NCBI GenBank assembly: GCA_010093995.1
Contig: ML992510.1
Span: 75,504 to 139,503 of the forward strand
Length of the DNA stretch: 64,000 nucleotides
Reading direction: 5' to 3'
Origin: Elsinoe ampelina
Taxonomy: Eukaryota
This document shows, in pieces, positions 62,101 through 64,000 of this stretch (position 1 is the stretch's first letter; every line of letters begins with the position of its first letter). The notes under the pieces are model-generated. The model had not been told where the DNA came from and searched no databases. It saw nothing but the letters and a program-made list of their open reading frames with translations. Made by a program: the position numbers and the translations under genes.

Positions 62101-63036
62101 GACGGACAGACACCTCTTCTCTTCGCATGTGTAGTAGGCTACGCCAAGATGGTTGCGCTGTTGCTGGATCATGGGGCCGATTGCACCCTCGCCGAATACG
62201 ATGGATACGGACTGATAGAAATTGCTATTGAGCACGGTAACGAACAAGTAGCGGTGTTATGTCTCAGGCGAGGCCTTGGAGTTTCGACTGCACCTTACAC
62301 AGAAGCTCGATATGGATCTCTCTTAGGATATGCGGCTTTCTGTGCATGCCACACCGTTACTGACGCGATGGTAGAATCTGGTATAGATATTCTGCAGCCA
62401 GGACTGAGGGTCCAGCCTTTGGTAGGTCCCATCGCTAGGCCTTATGGATTTGGATCATGGCAAGAGACTCTGAAGCTTCTCCTCGAAGCAGATAAACTCT
62501 ATGTCCGAAACGTATTCAACTGTCGAGACTACTGGCATGAGAAGCATGAAGTTCTCGTGGAGTATCTGACGTACCTATTATGTTACTACAATTCGGAGAG
62601 ACTGCACAAACTCGCGCACTTCTTCTTTGACACTTTCCTTGGGTACACCACAGAGTCGAGAGATGCATGGTTTGCCGAGAGTTTGTTCCTACTTGCAAAG
62701 CGGCAAAACCTGGACTTGGGCAGTGACTACTCCGCACGTGACCTCGGAGTACTGATTGAGCATCTGCTCCACAGAGATGAAGCCAAGGGTCTCACAAGTT
62801 GGTCATATCACTGTTACCTACAAGCTGCTGAAGCCAACGAGGATAAAGCTTTGATGGAGATATTTTCAAGCTTAGGTGCTTCCGATCTGTTCCATGGGTT
62901 CGACGCATCGCGTTTGACGCCAGAGGAGCGCTTTCAGTCATTCCAGTGTCCACATAGCCCAGGGAAGGTGACTGCTTTTCCACGGCTGCTCTCGGAGGCC
63001 CATTGCAACGAGAAAAGGACAGGTCGTCGTGGATGA
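59120..63036 (+). CDS. Fungal NLR: PNP_UDP - NACHT - ankyrin (~1281 aa if spliced via 60288-60358)
   Basis: PNP motifs WICALPVE, CEMEAAG and RGICDYADSHKNK; NACHT ADPGCGKS, VLDALDEC, FLVTSRP and HQTAKEFL; ankyrin GQTPLLFACVVG..LLLDHGAD. Confidence 0.9.
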
Positions 63037-63655
63037 TTGAAAGCGCTGGCTCATTTCACCACCGGTCAATCCACCGTAGCCCCATCCCTCAGCAGGTCCA
63101 TGACTACAAGGATCCCGTGGAGCCGGCGGGCAGAAATCTGTAGATCAGACTAATTTTCATCCTTTGTTTTGAAATGACTGATGACGGAAGGGTCCACGTT
63201 GGCGACTTAGGTTGAATTGTCATGCTGTCTCGTCTCGTCATCGGAGCATCTGCTCATCGACGAGACCTATCATACTCGGCTCAGTCAAATCTGGTAGAAA
63301 CATGGTCTTTATAGGATCCCGGCGACTTCGTGAGCAAGCCATAGTATACCTACCTCGACACGACATTACCTCGAATAGATGTCTCATGATTTAATCATGC
63401 CCTCAAATGACCAGGACCTTTGCCCATCTCGATTCTTCTTTGTGTGATTTAGAATGAGAGATGATATTGTCCCTATTCTCTCGTGCCCATTTCCCGTAAC
63501 TCAAATCTGGTTGCACTATGGTACTGCACCTGATCCTTCGGCTTCATCATCTGGGACTAGTTTGCGGCTGAGCCTGCCTTGCCTCTCTTTCCTCTATCGC
63601 TCGCTTCTTTGCTGCAATATATCATCGAAAATATCATCGATGAGCGGATCCGGAT

Positions 63656-64000
63656 ATGACGTCTATAGACAGCAGCGCTCCGCTCCTGTCGGACCCGGAT
63701 TATGAGACTGAAGGCGGTGGCGAGATCGATCGCCACGCTCCATACCACGACGACACCTCAGCCCACTCCGACGCCATCAACAACGATAACGACAATAGCT
63801 CCGACTCGCCCACCGGTGACCTCCCTCCGCCATCAAAACAACGCGACCCTCTCTACGTGAAAATATTTTACACCCTCTCCCTCCTCTGCTCCACTACCGC
63901 CCTGATCTCCGCCGGCATCGGCTTCAGCATCGTCCGCCGCAATGTCTTCGACGACTACGCCCAACGGCAGCAATTGGAGAGCTACACCAGCCAACCACTC
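63656..64000 (+). CDS. Partial ORF, putative membrane protein (runs off window)
   Basis: Stop-free frame from ATG 63656 (MTSIDSSAPLLSD...), with an acidic N-tail and the hydrophobic segment IFYTLSLLCSTTALISAGIGFSIV. Confidence 0.65.
   Translation, partial: MTSIDSSAPLLSDPDYETEGGGEIDRHAPYHDDTSAHSDAINNDNDNSSDSPTGDLPPPSKQRDPLYVKIFYTLSLLCSTTALISAGIGFSIVRRNVFDDYAQRQQLESYTSQPL

Noticed and set aside
63454..63705. 83-aa ORF upstream of the terminal gene
   Set aside because: Overlaps the better-supported frame starting at 63656; no motifs.
1..64000. CRISPR arrays, rRNA/tRNA genes, Starship captain or secondary-metabolite core genes
   Set aside because: None recognisable by eye; the window is eukaryotic, and its long repeats are LTR pairs.

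Overview
Filamentous ascomycete (Pezizomycotina, probably Dothideomycete-like) genomic DNA with short GT-AG introns. Bases 1-15,080 are an AT-rich, RIP-mutated retrotransposon nest. A minus-strand Ty1/Copia relic carries two full-length Ty3/Gypsy insertions: 744-7578 (231-bp LTRs, TSD TAGGG) and 7920-14937 (463-bp LTRs, TSD CTAAA). There is an assembly gap at 5023-5698. The rest of the window is gene-dense. The most notable gene lies right beside the TE nest: three apparent ORFs splice in-frame into one ~745-aa protein with a PNP_UDP nucleoside-phosphorylase domain, a single transmembrane helix and a sequon-rich fungal fucose-lectin-like beta-propeller. This is a candidate surface glycan receptor wired to an NLR-type effector enzyme. 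Next come NmrA, a CE1 acetylxylan esterase, a copper cluster (metallothionein, FRE reductase, CTR transporter, candidate Mac1 sites), a trypsin gene head-to-head with a putative I66/mycocypin-like inhibitor, and a TOS1-like gene. A housekeeping block follows (PEX13, SF3B1, SEC9, U2AF65). An accessory block at 42-63 kb holds large secreted proteins (one with a PAM2 motif), two PNP_UDP-NACHT-ankyrin NLRs, a GPI protein and a PTH11-like receptor. All family calls are by eye from motifs; no searches were run.
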